Positions 1-14,700 of a stretch of DNA of 64,000 bases are shown piece by piece (the stretch's first letter is position 1; each line of letters opens with the position of its first letter). Under the pieces are notes generated by a model, which did not search any database, was not told the DNA's origin, and was given only the letters and a program-made list of their open reading frames with translations. The stretch comes from Raillietiella orientalis (lineage: Eukaryota): NCBI GenBank assembly GCA_036172245.1, contig JAYWIR010000035.1, positions 682,001 to 746,000 of the forward strand, read 5' to 3'. The position numbers were made by a program, and so were the translations under genes.

Positions 1-855
1 TACTCATACTGTTTCCAAGTTCCTAACAAAGTTGCACCTCTTTATCAAACTTTGCATTCTCATACAAGCATTGTACTTTTTTGTATTGAGGAGTATTTGA
101 TAGGTGATAAAACAAGAGGGCAATGTAAAATTTTAATTTATGTTATGATCTAGTTGTTACATGCAGCCCATTCTGTTTATCCATATTGCAGTTTTAATTT
201 TAGAAACTACAAATTATGGTAACCTGCACAGTTAATTATATTTTATTATACATTGAAGAGGTGCACAGAAAAGGACTTGTTGCCATCAAAATTATGGTGA
301 AAACTTACACATCATTAATAATATCAAGGATATATAGTAAGAACAATCTGAGGAATCTCCTAAATTTTTCTGTATGAAATTCAATTTTTCTCTAACATTA
401 CTTCATGAAGGTACAAGACTATTACAAATTTCCAAAATATACAATGTCATTCTCTACCCATCTACCAAAACTTCATTTCATTCATTTTCATTACATTCAT
501 GTCATTTGCTTTATGCTGAATTCATGTAAAACATTGGTTCATCAGTCATGAATAAAAGATACACTGGGTTCCCATTATAGGAATTTTCCATAAATACTGA
601 TGCTATTCTAATTCATTTCATAACATTTTCAATAGATGCTAAACTTAAAGGTAAAGCAAAACTTTTAGAACAATTCTAATTTCCAACATAATGGATCAGA
701 TGACACAGTTCAGTCTTGTTTGGATCATGGTAGCTTTGAATTTATAGTCAAATTAATGTCACAAAACTCCAGTTTTTTTTTGTGAATGTTCACAAATCAA
801 TTCTCAGTGAATTTAAATTTTAACTAAAAGAACCATTTGGAGAGGGTTATCCAGA

Positions 856-1290
856 TCACTGCGGCAGTCCCAAAGTTGCTTGAAAAGCCTTCCCATCCAT
901 TTGGGTGGCCATTTTACAGATTTGCCGATGTCTTTCATAAGAGACAGGTTCTTCAAGAATTTCGCCTTCCCCACGAATTAAACGACTTCGACCAGTTTGA
1001 ACATCTATTATCCTACGAATCTTACTATGCTGTTTATCCCATTCTTCCTTAGTCATTGGAGCCATACGCTTTGACATTTCAGCAAGATGGAAATCATCTT
1101 GAGGTTGAGGTCCTATTTCTGGTGAACTATTTCCATCCTTCTTTGCCTTTTTCATTTGTCGCCATTCTTTTTTCAATTTCTTCATTAGCTTTTTTTCTGC
1201 TTTGGCCTTTTTTTGAAGAAGTTTCTCTTCTTTTTTCATCTTCTTGGAAACTTCGGTGCTCTTTTCACTTTTGTCCTTCTTCTTTCCCAT
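856..1290 (-). CDS. ARL6IP4: ARL6IP4 / SR-25-like nuclear splicing-associated protein, single coding exon
   Basis: Lys-rich N-terminus (MGKKKDK...) followed by MAPMTKEEWDKQHSKIRRIIDVQTGRSRLIRGEGEILEEPVSYERHRQICKMATQMDG, which matches the conserved C-terminal SR-25/ARL6IP4 motif. ATG taken at 1290 rather than the upstream start in the ORF track. Confidence 0.85.
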   Translation of the reverse strand: MGKKKDKSEKSTEVSKKMKKEEKLLQKKAKAEKKLMKKLKKEWRQMKKAKKDGNSSPEIGPQPQDDFHLAEMSKRMAPMTKEEWDKQHSKIRRIIDVQTGRSRLIRGEGEILEEPVSYERHRQICKMATQMDGKAFQATLGLPQ

Positions 1291-2599
1291 TTTCAACACA
1301 TCAAAAAACAATAACAAGGATTACATTATAAGTGTATAACACGATTGCAAACACTAAACAAATCAAACAAAAAATCATAAATCATTACTGAAACTTCACG
1401 GTTACCAAATGTGCTAAACAAGTACAAGCCAAAACAATAAAATTCAAACTCAAGAAAAGATATAGAAAAAACTGATATAAAAATGATCAACAGGAAATTT
1501 ATCCGATATACAAAAAACATTCATTTGTATCCTTGTAAAACTATAAGATCTACTTTCATCTAATCATACTGAATAGATGAAAGTAACCTAATAGCTCCGC
1601 GAAGATTTCACATGCAAAACGATTTTGCTCTACAGGTTTGGAATCATGCTTTCGCACATCCATATTTTTGCTATTTGTGCAAGAAAATATGTTATTTTAA
1701 TATTGGAATTTTTAAGTAATCTGCAACAAAAATGCAGAAAATTTCGTTTTGAATTTTAGTATGCAGCTGCGCAATTAACGCAGAATTCTGTAAAGTTACG
1801 AAATCTTCTGTTGTGAACGGAAAAGTGGAACGAAAACTTGTTTCGTGAGACTACTATACACTGGCTGTGTACTACTATGACTATGTACTACTATACATTG
1901 ACTCATTTCGTCACTCGAAAAAATCAAACTTCAGTAATAAATTTAAAAAAAATGAAATCAATTTAGGGGTTCTCTGTAGGGTCTCCTTAAAGACAAAAAC
2001 CACTCCATGCGGAAGTAGATAAGAGGACTCATAATACTTGCAAACTTTTGTATGTTCAGAATTATTACTATAAGCTGCCAGATAATGTAACTACGATCAC
2101 CATTCACCAATTGAACAAATATATGGGAATGTTATGTTTGACCAACAGTTCATTTATCATGCAAAGTAAATGCAAAGGATAGGGCTATTCAACTATAAAG
2201 CTTTCATTACAGATCTTCATTTCGAATCAATGAGAACTTCATTGAATGAGAAATTTCAAAGTAAAACTAAGGATATTTGCAGAGCTCCAAATTTAATGCA
2301 GTTCCCAAGGATGTTTTAAGCAAATGATTTCTTTTCTCCCTTTTGCATGTTTAGGTTGTCATACAAACTTAATGTGGATTGCCATGAAGTTTTTCTATTT
2401 CCTTATTTTATTCATTTTGCTTTCAATGTAAATCAACATGCTAATTAAATGTACTTAATTTACATGTATACATTGTTCTATGATGAAAGAATTAACACGT
2501 CTGTAAATAAATCCTTATGCCTATCTGAATTGAGGCTCGCAAATCTCCATGTTTAATGGACCTTTTAGTTTACCACTTTACCTGATTTAGAATATATAC

Positions 2600-3700
2600 T
2601 TCTAAATATGCAAATGAATTTTCTCACAGTAACAGTTCTGAACATGCAGAACTTTGGAAATATTCCATGAGAATTTTTCAAAAGTTCGATCAAACAAATC
2701 TGCTGTAGCAATCCTATCATCTCTATCACCAGACATTATTCTGTATTTGAAGAGCTAGTTTTTGACTGGATTTCAAGAAATCTCCGATGGAGAATGGGCA
2801 ACATCTAAATCCTGGAGAGTTCTAAATAATAACTATAAATTAAATTCAGAACTTCTCCTTTGTCGAAATAACAGATATTCAATTTAAATTCCTGAATATT
2901 TAGGGGAATGCAAAAAGCCGAATGCCCTTGAAAACCATGGTCAATAACTCGAGAAAAATCCTTAACATATGAAATCAGAGAATATGCATCTTTTGCTTGT
3001 ATAAGAAAAGTCCGTTTACTAGGTCTTACAGTATATGATCACCTTATCTAAAGTCGTTTATGAGATCTTTTTTCTAATCTTAGAACATGAGGAAAAAAAG
3101 GCAAAAAGGAAATTACAATCAGCAATAAAGTCACTAAGTAAAAACTTGCTGATATGGTTATCAAAAAAAGATGAACATTTTCGGGGAGGTTGAACGAATT
3201 CTGTAATCATAATGCGTGTTATGTTGAAACAGCCATAAGTTTGATGATTCATATTGAACACGCTGATCTTTAAAAAAAAAACAGGAAAATTCATATTCTG
3301 CACCAGGAAGCAGTCTTATTCATTATTTCTGGCGGCATCGAAACTGAATAATTGTACTTTTGCAATGTTATGGATGAGAATTCGATTTTGAGACATTGGT
3401 AAACACCCAAATGTTTTGTTTTATAACATACAGATAAGCATAATTACTGATTTTATCAGCACTTCATACTGTGTTCGTAACCAAGAATGGATTGAATTAT
3501 TCATCACATCAAGTTGTGAAAGAGTTTTTCGAAGCTTGTAATACTTGATCACTTGTTTCGTTTATAAATTTAATGGATCCTAAATTTGAATTTATTCTAG
3601 CATCTTGTGAAGGAATAATCAATATGGATTACATCAGAGACTAACATACTTGGATTGAGAATGAACTTAAGAAATGACTTTTTAGGAAGATTATAAAAGA
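2600..3700 (+). pseudogene. Possible very old hAT transposase remnant
   Basis: About 3500-3560 translates as ITSSCERVFRSL*YLIT, resembling the hAT C-terminal dimerisation motif (S..CER.FS.L). The surroundings are riddled with stops and the boundaries are uncertain. Confidence 0.3.
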
Positions 3701-4885
3701 AGTTAAGAATCCTAAGAGAATAAGAAAATCGAACAATTCCAAATCTTTTAAACAGTGACTTCTAGCAAGAAAAAATAGATACAGTTAAAATTGATTAGTA
3801 AGAATGTAAGAAGAAAAAAGCAACTTATTACTACAGTTCACAAATTTGAGCTTGCAGATACCTGATTCTATACAATGACCCCATAGAAGTTGACAACCAA
3901 AACTGAGAGATCATTAAGATACTATTAAAAAAATTAATAATTAACTTTGGAAATACGGAATCAATAAAATCTTGAATGTGCCTTTGCCCATTTTCCTTTT
4001 CTTGATTCCTAAATCATAGCAAACCATAAATATCTTGAAATTTCTCATTTTAGAGAATTCATATTTACACATGAATGATATTACATGAATACGTCGAAAC
4101 TTGAGTACAAAAAATGTGAAGCAATAAATACAAGATCGGAAAGATGTTATCTATCTTTTACCATAATTATGTCATTCCTTTATTTAAATGCATGTTTATT
4201 AAATCCTCATTTGCATTTAAATACTATGCAAATGTATTTAGATACGTGTGTGCAATCATGATCTTGCTCTCTTGTTGAAAACATCATAGAATTACTTCCA
4301 TACCATGTAATTGGCTAGTTTGCACTCATGTTTCACCATCTGTTTTCAAACCTCCTCACCCTAAGCTGCAATGAGCTAGTTTTGGATCTATCATCTCAAC
4401 AGTGAGTCGAGCCCTTTAATCTAGATATCCCCATTCTTTTTGATTATGTATGAAACTACTGTAATGAACGAATCTCTTACTTCACGCTTCAGAGTAGACA
4501 GTAAACATTGTGTTCTGGGCCAAGTGTAAGCACACTATTTTTCCAAAATTGGATCCGTGTTTCCTGGAGAGAGATGGGAGCAGTTGTTCCAGCTCCTTTA
4601 GTCCTTGTGATGTTGCCAGTCACATTTACTGATTAATTTAAGCACGCCACTCATGAGGAGCTTAGTATACAGAAGAGGCTGAATTGTAATATCACTTGAC
4701 TACACTTCTCGACTCAATTCTTCCCTAACACCAAAAAGACTATCATGTACATGGTTTGCTAATATCTAAAAATCTGGCTTGCATCTGCAACGCAGGTTCA
4801 GTTTTCAATGTGGGCTTCTGAGGATCGTTGTTGATCTGCTGCTCGAGCATCCATTTTGATTAACATTTATTATTTCACACATACT

Positions 4886-7748
4886 CATTGCTGATATTCA
4901 TCCGGTACGCACCGGTACGGTCGTACCGGTTGTTAAAGGCATCATTTAATTGCATCGTGATGACGTTAGTTTAATAAGTGAATAAATAAAAGTGAATAAA
5001 ACAGAAGGTTGTCCAAAGATTCATTTATTTACAAACATTTTACTGGTCTTTCTCTTAACATAACATTTATCATCAGTCGGTGCGTGAGTGAGGATTACAA
5101 CCTCCCCTACAGAGCTCGGTTGCGACCCTAAACAAGGCCTTAACTTTTAGCCTGCAATTTGTACTATTGTTTTGTATTTTAAAAGATGAGAGTGCGTACT
5201 CTTAATGTATTTGAATATAAATACGTTCATCTTACATGTAAGTACATTATTTTAAACAAACTTTAATTATAATTAATTTTTGAAATGTGTCATTTAATTT
5301 ATTATTACCATCAGGATGAAGAGACAATGTTCCTTGGACAATTTTTTGAGCGTTTCAAAAAAAAGTAAGCAATAACCATAATGAACAGCAGCCTGGAAAT
5401 TTGTCGGAGTCTGATAAAAGGTAGAATAACGACACTTCTAAAACTCGAGAAGAATTGGAACAATCTGGGACATGTTGGGATGCTACACAGAAATCAGTTG
5501 AGAAATAGAGTTTTTTTTTACATTTTTGGAATGAAAAAAACCAAGTGATTTCAAAGCCAAATATGAGTGGCTTCTTATTCCTCATGGTGAACTTGTGGAA
5601 TGTCAATGGTGTTCAAAATTAGCATCGTTAAATGTTGAAGATGCCGAACATTTACACATTTCTGTAGAGTGGAGATCATGTTCGGTCAAAGCTCACGGGT
5701 CAAACAAACAAAATTTGCAATCATCAATTAGAAAAAAAAACTGAAAGAACATATGGTTCAGCATCACTCAAAAAAGCAGGGATGTAATTAGAACGGCGGA
5801 ACAAAATGTTATTTCAAAAATGACTGATTTAGCTAATGAAAAGTATTTAAATAGTGAGTAAGATGTTTTTAATACTGTTTACTTCATAATCAATAATAAC
5901 AAACCATTTCGAGATTTTGAAAATTTAACAACTTTCCAAAAAACGAGCAACGTAGATTTGGGAGCTTCATTACATTCAAGATTTGTGGTTCCACTTGTCG
6001 CGAAGCAGATCTGAACAGAAAAAGAAAGAGAGATTTTTGGAAAATTGATAAATGAAGGCTGCAAAATTTCAATTCTTATCGATGAAGCCTCAACTGTTTC
6101 ACATAAAGGTGTTTCAACTAATAGTTTATTTAAAATCCGAAATTTTGGATTTTGGAAGAAAGCGTTCCAGTTTTTTATCGATCTTGCTGAATTAGAAGGG
6201 ACAGCATCAGGAATCATTTTTAAAACTTTAATTTCGGGTCTCAAGAAACATGACTTTAGTGAAAAATATCTGCATGAAAATCTTATCGGATTTTGCGCAA
6301 ACAACGCCAGTGGAATGTTAGGATGAAAATCTGGAGCTTTGGCAAAGATTGGAGAAAAACTTCCAGGTGTTTGCATTTGGCAATTCTAGCTTATCGCATT
6401 CAGTTTTTCTGTGGATGATGCGATCAAAGATGTAAAAGAAGTAAACCACTTTAAACATCTTCCTAGATAAATTGTATGTTTATGATCATACGTCAAATAA
6501 ACACCAGAGAGAAATAAATTAGAAATTTTTGAGGAACCTGGAATTGAGGTACTGAAAATGGGAAGAATATTCGGGGCTCTTTGGGTAGCCTGTCGTGCTA
6601 GGACCGCAAAAGCAATTTGGAAATCATATCAAGCTTTGTATATTCACTGGAATCAAAATTATGAAGTGGAATAAATTTCTTATTTTGAAAACGAAAACTT
6701 TTTTAAGACATTTAGCCTTGATAAATGACATTCTAGAAGAAATTTCAATACTTTCCCCGGTCTTGCTGGAAAGGAATATTTCAGCTATTGGAGCTGACAG
6801 ATTGACTCGCTGAAGAACAAATTGAATTGAACATTTAAAATTCGATAGAGGAAATCGTGAAGAAGAAGAAGATATTATAGAAACGAGAAAGCACAATATT
6901 CCATTTAAGGTTAAGGGAAATAAAAGATCCATTGTATTTTCGAGAGATGGAGTTTTTGATTGCTTAGTAAAACATATGAAAATGCGTATGCTATTCCACG
7001 ACAAAAATGAAAAATGCAGTGCTCTTTTGAATTATTTTAATTTAGAAAGTCCTGAAACTTGTCCGGGTGATGTTTGCGAAGCACCATGGATTGAAGGAGA
7101 AAATCGACCGCAGCAGCTGAACAGAATTCTAAAACACAAAATTTCAGCAAACGAGTTTCGAGATCTTGTTGATGGAAGAGGTATGGAATGCAAAAAGATT
7201 CCAAATAGCATTCTCAGAGCCATAAGAATTTTGAATGTTACTTCTGTTAATTCCCCCGAAGCTGAAAGCGGTATCAGCACAATGAATCATATTATTGATA
7301 TGTAAAGAAATTCTAGACTAATAGAGACGACAACAAGTCACTTAATGACTATTGATTCAATAAGTAAATCTGTCAAAGACTCTGAAGCAGCTCTGCAGTT
7401 AAATGCTGGTTGACACAAGGACACCATCAGGCAAGCGACAACCGAGTGAAAGTTCCCATCACACTTTCTTGCCATAACCAAAGTATGGTTTGGAAGCTGT
7501 TAGGGCGAAATACTATATTATGATATTAATAAATAATTATAAATAAATAAAATGTGTGAAAAAAGTATTTTTCTAGTTACTAAGCGTGCCGGCTCCCGTG
7601 CGTATTTTGTTTTCCTGCTCTTGCAAATCAGAAGTATAAAAAGCTGTTTTTCCTTTTGCCGGAAAATTTGACCCACGTACTCGCATCGCAGAAAATCCTA
7701 CGGACACCCATGCGTACCGGTCGTTAAATATTTTGAACATCAGCACGG
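4886..7748 (+). mobile_element. Degenerate hAT-superfamily DNA transposon (ZNF862/KIAA1586-like transposase)
   Basis: Imperfect 15-bp TIRs: CATTGCTGATATTCA (4886-4900) vs TGAACATCAGCACGG (7734-7748), 12/15 matches. Subterminal CCGGTAC/GTACCGG motifs at both ends. Decayed 8-bp TSD: CACATACT vs CATATATC. Confidence 0.75.
5316..7500 (+). pseudogene. Frameshifted hAT transposase pseudogene
   Basis: Fragments KISILIDEAST (first catalytic D region), LIGFCANNASGMLG (second D region, degenerate) and SVNSPEAESGISTMN (SSAEAERGFS-like motif), separated by many stops and frameshifts. Confidence 0.8.
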
Positions 7749-8297
7749 CATATATCGCATATGAACACATGAATACTCCTGTAGCAGACCATCTCATTCA
7801 GATTCCAATAGACAGACGTCTTCCAAAGCAAGCATCAAAATTCTATGAAGACTTCAGATTTATCCAGGCTCTAGCACATCTTCTGAAATACTTATTATAC
7901 GTTCTTCAGGAATATTCTGTTTTGTGTGACCCTGTACATGTCGTACCGATGATTTCATGTCCCTTTTATTCGTGGTGATTCCTGTATTTCTCGTCACGGG
8001 AGAAACATAATATGCCTAACGGTATATATGATTTCTGATCGCAGACGATGCTTGCTTGGAAAATGAAATGAGGAAGAAGAAGGAAACCAAGCGATGGTTT
8101 TGTCCTCCGTGGCCGCGTCCGGGAACTCTGGCTGGAAGATGTCCAGAAGAACGGGGGTGACATTGAAGCAGGCATCTCGGAGAAGCCGAGGAAGGTTCCC
8201 CTGATGGGCTGGCCATTCAGACGACCCGACGTCCGTTGTGGTCTAAAGGCGACCTCAGGCATCACCGGCAAAAGAGAACCCAGAGAAAGTTCGCATC

Positions 8298-8316
8298 GGG
8301 GGGAGGGGGGGGGGGG
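8298..8316 (+). repeat. G-run in a GC-rich island
   Basis: Near-pure G tract (one A) inside a CpG-rich segment at ~8080-8420. Confidence 0.6.
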
Positions 8317-11300
8317 CAGCCGAAGGGCTGCTCGGTTCGAAGCGGCGGCACCAAGAGCGTTGGCGGGCACATGCCAAAAAGCTTTCTTCACGGACGGATT
8401 CAAGTCAAATCGGGAGCTCTTTTTCCATATGCTTGCAGATTTGAGTGCTAGATATTTTATACATATCCTCTGGATTTTAGTGGTTCAGTTTTCCACTTAT
8501 GAATCCAAGAGTTATGAAAATTTATGCAATCACTTATGTCTACTTGTAGTTGCAATGCTGTAAGTTTTCAGTTCACTGGATCTAATCCTCTATATCGCAA
8601 ATATATATATTTTTTCATGTCCAAAGCAACGTTTTGGTTACTCCGATGTTTCATTAGTAAGTGACAGCGCTAATATACCTTATTGCTTCGTATTTCCGGG
8701 AAGAAATCGTCAGATTCTGAAAGAACAAATGGAATCAAGCAAGCTTAGGCACAGAACATGAAACACCACCCTCAGGCTAGTGATAAACATGCCAAAAAGC
8801 TTATTTGGGTTTATTTAGGGCCTGTTAGGTTCTAGCAACTTAGAATTCTGAACTCTGTTGAATTTGGAGCTGTGGTCACTCGGAAATATCCAGTTTTCTC
8901 CCGTGTGCCTTGCATCTGGAGTTTCCGCTTAATTCGAATCGGTATGAAATTACTACTCTAGGAAACTGTGAAAGCAGAGGAAAAGCAAAGCGAATCTCCA
9001 TAGGTGGTGTATTCCCATAGAAACGCGATGATGAAATGCGATGCTTGTGGAGAGGCTGTAAGTCTTAGAAAGGCAGCATGCAAAGAAATTCGAAAGGCAG
9101 ATTCACATTAGTCAAAGGTGCGTCGTTTGGGTGATTACCATTTTTTGCACAGAATCTAGTGAAATCAAGGTTCTTGTAAAGGCATTTCCTTTATTTCAGA
9201 CATCCGCAATCTTCTTATCTCATGAAGTAACCCGTGAGTGTGATACTCAACCGTTCGAGCATTCATTTTCTGTCCCCAGGCTTGCATGCCAAGGCACCGG
9301 TATCCTAACCGATGTCATGTTCATGTTCACAGATGTTCGAGCTCGCAAGTACTCCCACGGAGCATCACGGAAGTGCCACCCCTACACTGTCCCTCCCGTC
9401 GACGCAGGTCAACCATCACTTGAAGGGACCAAGTTATACAGCAGAAGGATGGTGATGCAGACATGCCTTCCATTTTCACCCATGCCAGGACATACATGCA
9501 TTCCCCCTCTTCTTGTTTGACGTCCAAACCTGATTTTGTTTGTTTCATTCTCTCTATAATAGTGCTAGTTGCCAAAACGAAGGACAGTGAATCAAAATAT
9601 CCTCACAGAAGGATGAGCTCTTCATTCCTGATCTTCGAGTATTAACGAATTGCATGTCCGTCACTCCCGTGTCAGTGCTCTGAGCTACGCAAAGGTTACC
9701 TAGATGTTTTTGACATCTAAGCTGGTTCTTGCAAAAGTGGTGAGGTATCGCTAATCCATTCCGGGCTTCTCATGCCTGATGAGCAACCGATTCATTTTTC
9801 TAGGAAAAAAACACACACCTAATCTCGTGTTATCTTATCATCAAATGTCTGCAAGTTGGTTTCATAGACAAGAATCTTTAGCTGGTTTCCAGAAGTATTG
9901 AAGTGTTCAAGACCCTACACTTACTGCTTAGGACTTTTTAGAGTCAGTTCGTCTTCTACGCTTTTAGAGAAACTTTCAGGAGGAAAGAACGTAAGGCAGT
10001 CCACCTCTCGTCAACTCATGGATAGGTCAGTTTCAGTGCCTTTATTTTTGCAGTTTTGGTGCAAAACTTTCTATTCGATAATCGTTCCTAACTATGTGAA
10101 TGCATTTCATGTTTTACTTGAACACTGGCATGAGATTCGAGGGTTTTTCCATCATTAGACTTTAATTCGAGAATATTTTCATTTTAAATGCGAGAAAGGG
10201 GTAATTATAGAGAAGCGTTCCATAAATATATTCGAGAATTTCGCTTTATTGCGCCAACGGCAACTCTCACTTATGTGGGGCATACTAGAAATTTCGAATA
10301 CCCAAAGCATTTGACGAAAAATGTGGTTGCAAAGAATATGTTTCAGCATTATGATCTTGGTAATCATTCTGGAAAGTTCCTATGGATCTCTGAATTCATC
10401 GAAAAGGTTCCTAATCTGGGAAATTCGCTCAATTTATCGGAACCATTCGTAATCTGGAGAACGAGATGAAAGAGACCTCGGTTATCTTTGGAAGGTTTCT
10501 TGAGATTGTTTATCGTCTTTTTGATAAGCTTCTTTAACCGGTGTGCTGATCAAAAGAAACGGCTTAATGCAAATAGACTCGAGAAATCAAACAAAATCTG
10601 ATTCGAGGAAGCCTGCTTGTGATCAAGCATGGCTTCCATCAGGTCGCTCTCCTAACACAAAATTCCAAAGAGCAAACATGTGGCTGGCCGTTACCAGACC
10701 AAAATCGTCAGAACGCTCAGCATTTCCTTTAAGCATCTTCTCGAAATCGATGAAATATGCTTAAAGCTGCTTCCCAATACAAATTGAAATGAAAGTGGCA
10801 GAGGTTTCTGCTGAGAAGAGGAGCTCTATACCACAGACATTCTACATACTACATTCTCAACCTCTCTTCGAATATTCGTGCATATTCCGATTCAGTAAGG
10901 GTCTAATCGGATGATAAAGGTCTCATTCAGGAAGCAATCGAACTTCAATAGCAAATATCCAGAAAACATTATCGCTCCGTATCTCCAGAATCTTTGAGGA
11001 GCAGAAGAGGACTAAGGAAGCATTGCAGGAAGATCAGTGAACTGGGTGCTGAGTGAATTTCCTAATTGCTCCTAAGAGCTCGATGTCAATGCGCCTGTAA
11101 GTCCTGCTTCATCGCATGTCCACCTGTGGATTTTCCGTTCTGAAGTTTGCTCAAGAACTGACAATAAAAGTGCTCAGTTAATACAGAAAAACTGGTTATT
11201 GCTATCTAATTATAGACGAGAACAAGTCTGAGAACTCAGCAAAGGCATTCTGCCAACGGGATTTGAGAGTTTCATCTGCCGAGGAACACTGGAAGTCTCC

Positions 11301-11783
11301 GGATTCGCCTTCGGATCGTTTACCTTTCTGCTCTCTTGATTGCTGATTTATTGTCTTACACTCCGATGCGGGAAGTTTCCTGAGATCTTTAATGCCGTAG
11401 CGTCACTGGTGTCGTGCTTTGAGCTTTCAGCTCTCATTAAGCTCCATGACTTTCCTGAATACGAACTGGCGATTCGCCTGCCACTTTAGCTCTCCCCTTG
11501 TTCGATTTTTCAAATGCTTCGCTCATGCTTCATCCCGAATCAATGTACAACACCCTGAAAGCCGAATCACATAAATGGTCCTAACTGGTTCCAACTATCC
11601 TCTCGTGACCTGTCTCTGTTTTGTGCTTCCGTTGTCATGCCGCCTGCCCGGAACAAGTTTTCGCCTCGTGAGTAAAAGGAGATCGAATTCTTCGGCTTGA
11701 AACCTCCTCATCTGTGCATCCAGCAAAGCACACTGGCCAACCTGATTTTGCTTTCCAGAGCGCACATTCATTCCTGCTCTCAG

Positions 11784-14700
11784 TTCCGTCAGAAGCTGGG
11801 AATAGAAGATTTTGTGGAACTGGCGGACTTCACCAACGAGATCGCGTTTGTTGATAATTTGGAACTTCGCTTCCTCAATAAGCTGGTTTACGTAAGTATT
11901 CGCGATTCTCTACTCCGTGAGAGCAATAGATAAGTCTAGAAAGGTCGAATCCTCGTGAATAAAAGAACTCCTTTGATTCTCCTGAATTTTCCGGTTCTTT
12001 ATCTTCTAGAGAGAGATATATCATTAGCATCAGCACACTTTAAAATCCACTATCATCAAAAGACAAAACTTTCGAGAAAGAAGCTTAGGAGCGCTCTATA
12101 GAAACCGTACGAACTTCGAGGAAACAGCTTTTTGGACTCATCGTAAATGCTCCAGGAGTAGAGCATCATTGATGAATCAGTTCGTTGTGGCAGCCATGAA
12201 TGGCATATCCTGTGATCATCTTGCTTGTTCAAGCCTCTTCTTGTCTGTCGCAGTGTGTTCTGCATCCCAAAATAACCGAACATTTTTCTTTCAACCTCAT
12301 CACTGGTGGAAGAGAAAATCTTTGGAGGTGTGCGAGGAGGCTTTCAAACGTAGGCTCTGATGGCCCGAAAAGGAACAAGTCGAAGCAAACCAAGTTCTTG
12401 TAGAAACGAAAATTCATCCCGCCACCTACTTAAAGTAGTCCTTGAGTTTGACTCCAATGCTGTCCAAGTGAAGAAACGCCAACAGGAGGGTGTAAAACTG
12501 CCTCATTCCCATCGGACGCTCCCAAAGTATTCACACACCAAAAAATTCGCAAAGGTAAAATATGTGAGCAAATTTAAAAGGTCATCATGAACCTGTGGTT
12601 GTATCCCTTCTCCCCAGAAAAAAAAAAGAAAAGAAACAGATGAGTTCTCTGAGGGTATGTTCGATTTAACATACCCAGTTGTCGATGTAAATCATGGAGC
12701 TATATGGGCTTTTGTCATCACGAGAAGATGCCGAGATAGAGTAAGAAAGCAAGTACACTGGATCGCCTCACTTTCCCAATAAAGTTGGGAGAGTCATTAA
12801 TGTAACAAGAGGAAGAGGTTTAAGAGTTCATGAAGAATGGAGCAAAATCTCCAGTAGCAATATGCTTGTAGACTTATGGGCGACGAACAAATTCATTAGT
12901 TCCAGCACTGAGAACCAAAGAGGAGACTCGGACATTAAGCAGAGAAGAATTTAAGCAGAGCTGAAAGCAGTAGTAGCTCTGGAAGCCACTAGAAAATCCA
13001 GAAAGCCTTCCCGTCCCTTCCCAAAGAAATGAACTGTGAAAAAAATCCGATGACAGGTGGTGACAGCAAACAAGTCTTCTCGGATCGGGAGACGTTTATG
13101 TGACCTTTTTGCAAGCATTACCCAGTTGCAAGATTCCTTTTCCTTTTCCAGAGCTGAAAATTCCAAGATTAAAGAGAAGGTTATGCGTACCCCTCCCAAA
13201 AAGGGTACGCAGGCCTTCTTTACAAGCACTTGATGTTCAAGTGACAAGTGTTTTTCCTCCTTCTCACTCGTACATTTCGAAGATGAAAAGTGTTTCTTTG
13301 TGAAAATGATTTGCACTCATCCACGAGATTCCCAAGGATGCTTCTCCCTTACTGAAAGAAAATCCCTTCCAACGGGACAAAAGAACCTTGGAATCAAGTT
13401 AAAGTAGGTTCGACATTCTTCAAAAAGCTTCGAGCTTCATAGCGAGTAATTGGAAATATCCTGTTCCTTTCCTCCAGTAATCACGTTCGGGAGTTAGATG
13501 TGAAGGAGATAGGAGACAGAAAACAGTGTTCCGTACAACGTTTTCTTGGGACGCATCTCCCTTGCAAAGAAGATCCCGTGCGCGGAAGAAACTGTAGCAA
13601 GCTGAAAGGAAGAAGAAATTGCGTGGAAACACTCCTTAAAAGGAAGAGAACGAGAAGGAGAAATTTTTGGATCGGAAACACGGAAGCAGAACATGCTCCT
13701 GGATCAGGGACAGAATTGCTGGATTTTCAACAGTCTTCTGAAGGTTCTCGCGAACCAGTCTGCAAAGATTGCCGCTCGGATTTGAACTCACCCTCCCACC
13801 GGATATTCCTAGAAAACAAACTCTCCTGAAAGTTTATCGTTCCATTAACTGTTTCCGTAAGAACTCTTATTCGAAAAGGAAACTTCCATTGCTGTCTGTC
13901 TCGGAATTTTGCAAAGGTTGCTGTGGAGATGTCATGCGCATAGCTAACTCCACAGAACGTGGGTCGTCGACTCACCCTATGTAGTGATTTCTCAGACTCT
14001 CCCTTCTGTCGGAGTTGAAATTATTTGTGGGGTTGAAAACTACCAGCCAGAATAAGAGGTCTTCTGTACCTCCCTCAAGAGTTGAACCAACAGTGCCCTT
14101 TGCATCTTGCAGACTTACATCGGACCTTGCCTGATTTCCGTGAATCCCTATACCGAGACTGGAATATACAACGAAGACTGCATCCTCCTGTACAGAGACG
14201 ATGATCTCAATACACCACCACACATGTGAGTATCTCTCATTCCTGGCAGGCGGTCCATTTTATTCATTTCTGACTCCCGAAATTCGCTGAGTTTGTAGAT
14301 CGGCAGAGGAAACGAGATGCCGGGTGGCACTCTTGCCATTTCTCCCACGGCCTGGAAAAAACTCGAAAGTCTCAACCGTGCAACCTGGATCGCACCACTT
14401 GGCACGAATTTCATCTATTCGTCAGGTCGCGTTCGTAGTTTGACAGTTGGTTCCACCCGGAAACCGAACACCACGAGATGAAAGCAAAATCTGCATCCAT
14501 CAGATGCTTTCATTTTTTGCGTTAGCAGTAATTCATCCTCAGTTCCGTCCTCATCCTAGGACTCCGTCAGCGAGTCGAGTCCCACTCTTCGCTCTTATCA
14601 CGAATTAATCTTAGTGGGTCATTTTTAGAGCTCTTTCTAACGTCATTCCTTATGTATACTTATTGTATGAGGTGGAGGTGTATCTCAATCACAAAAGCAA

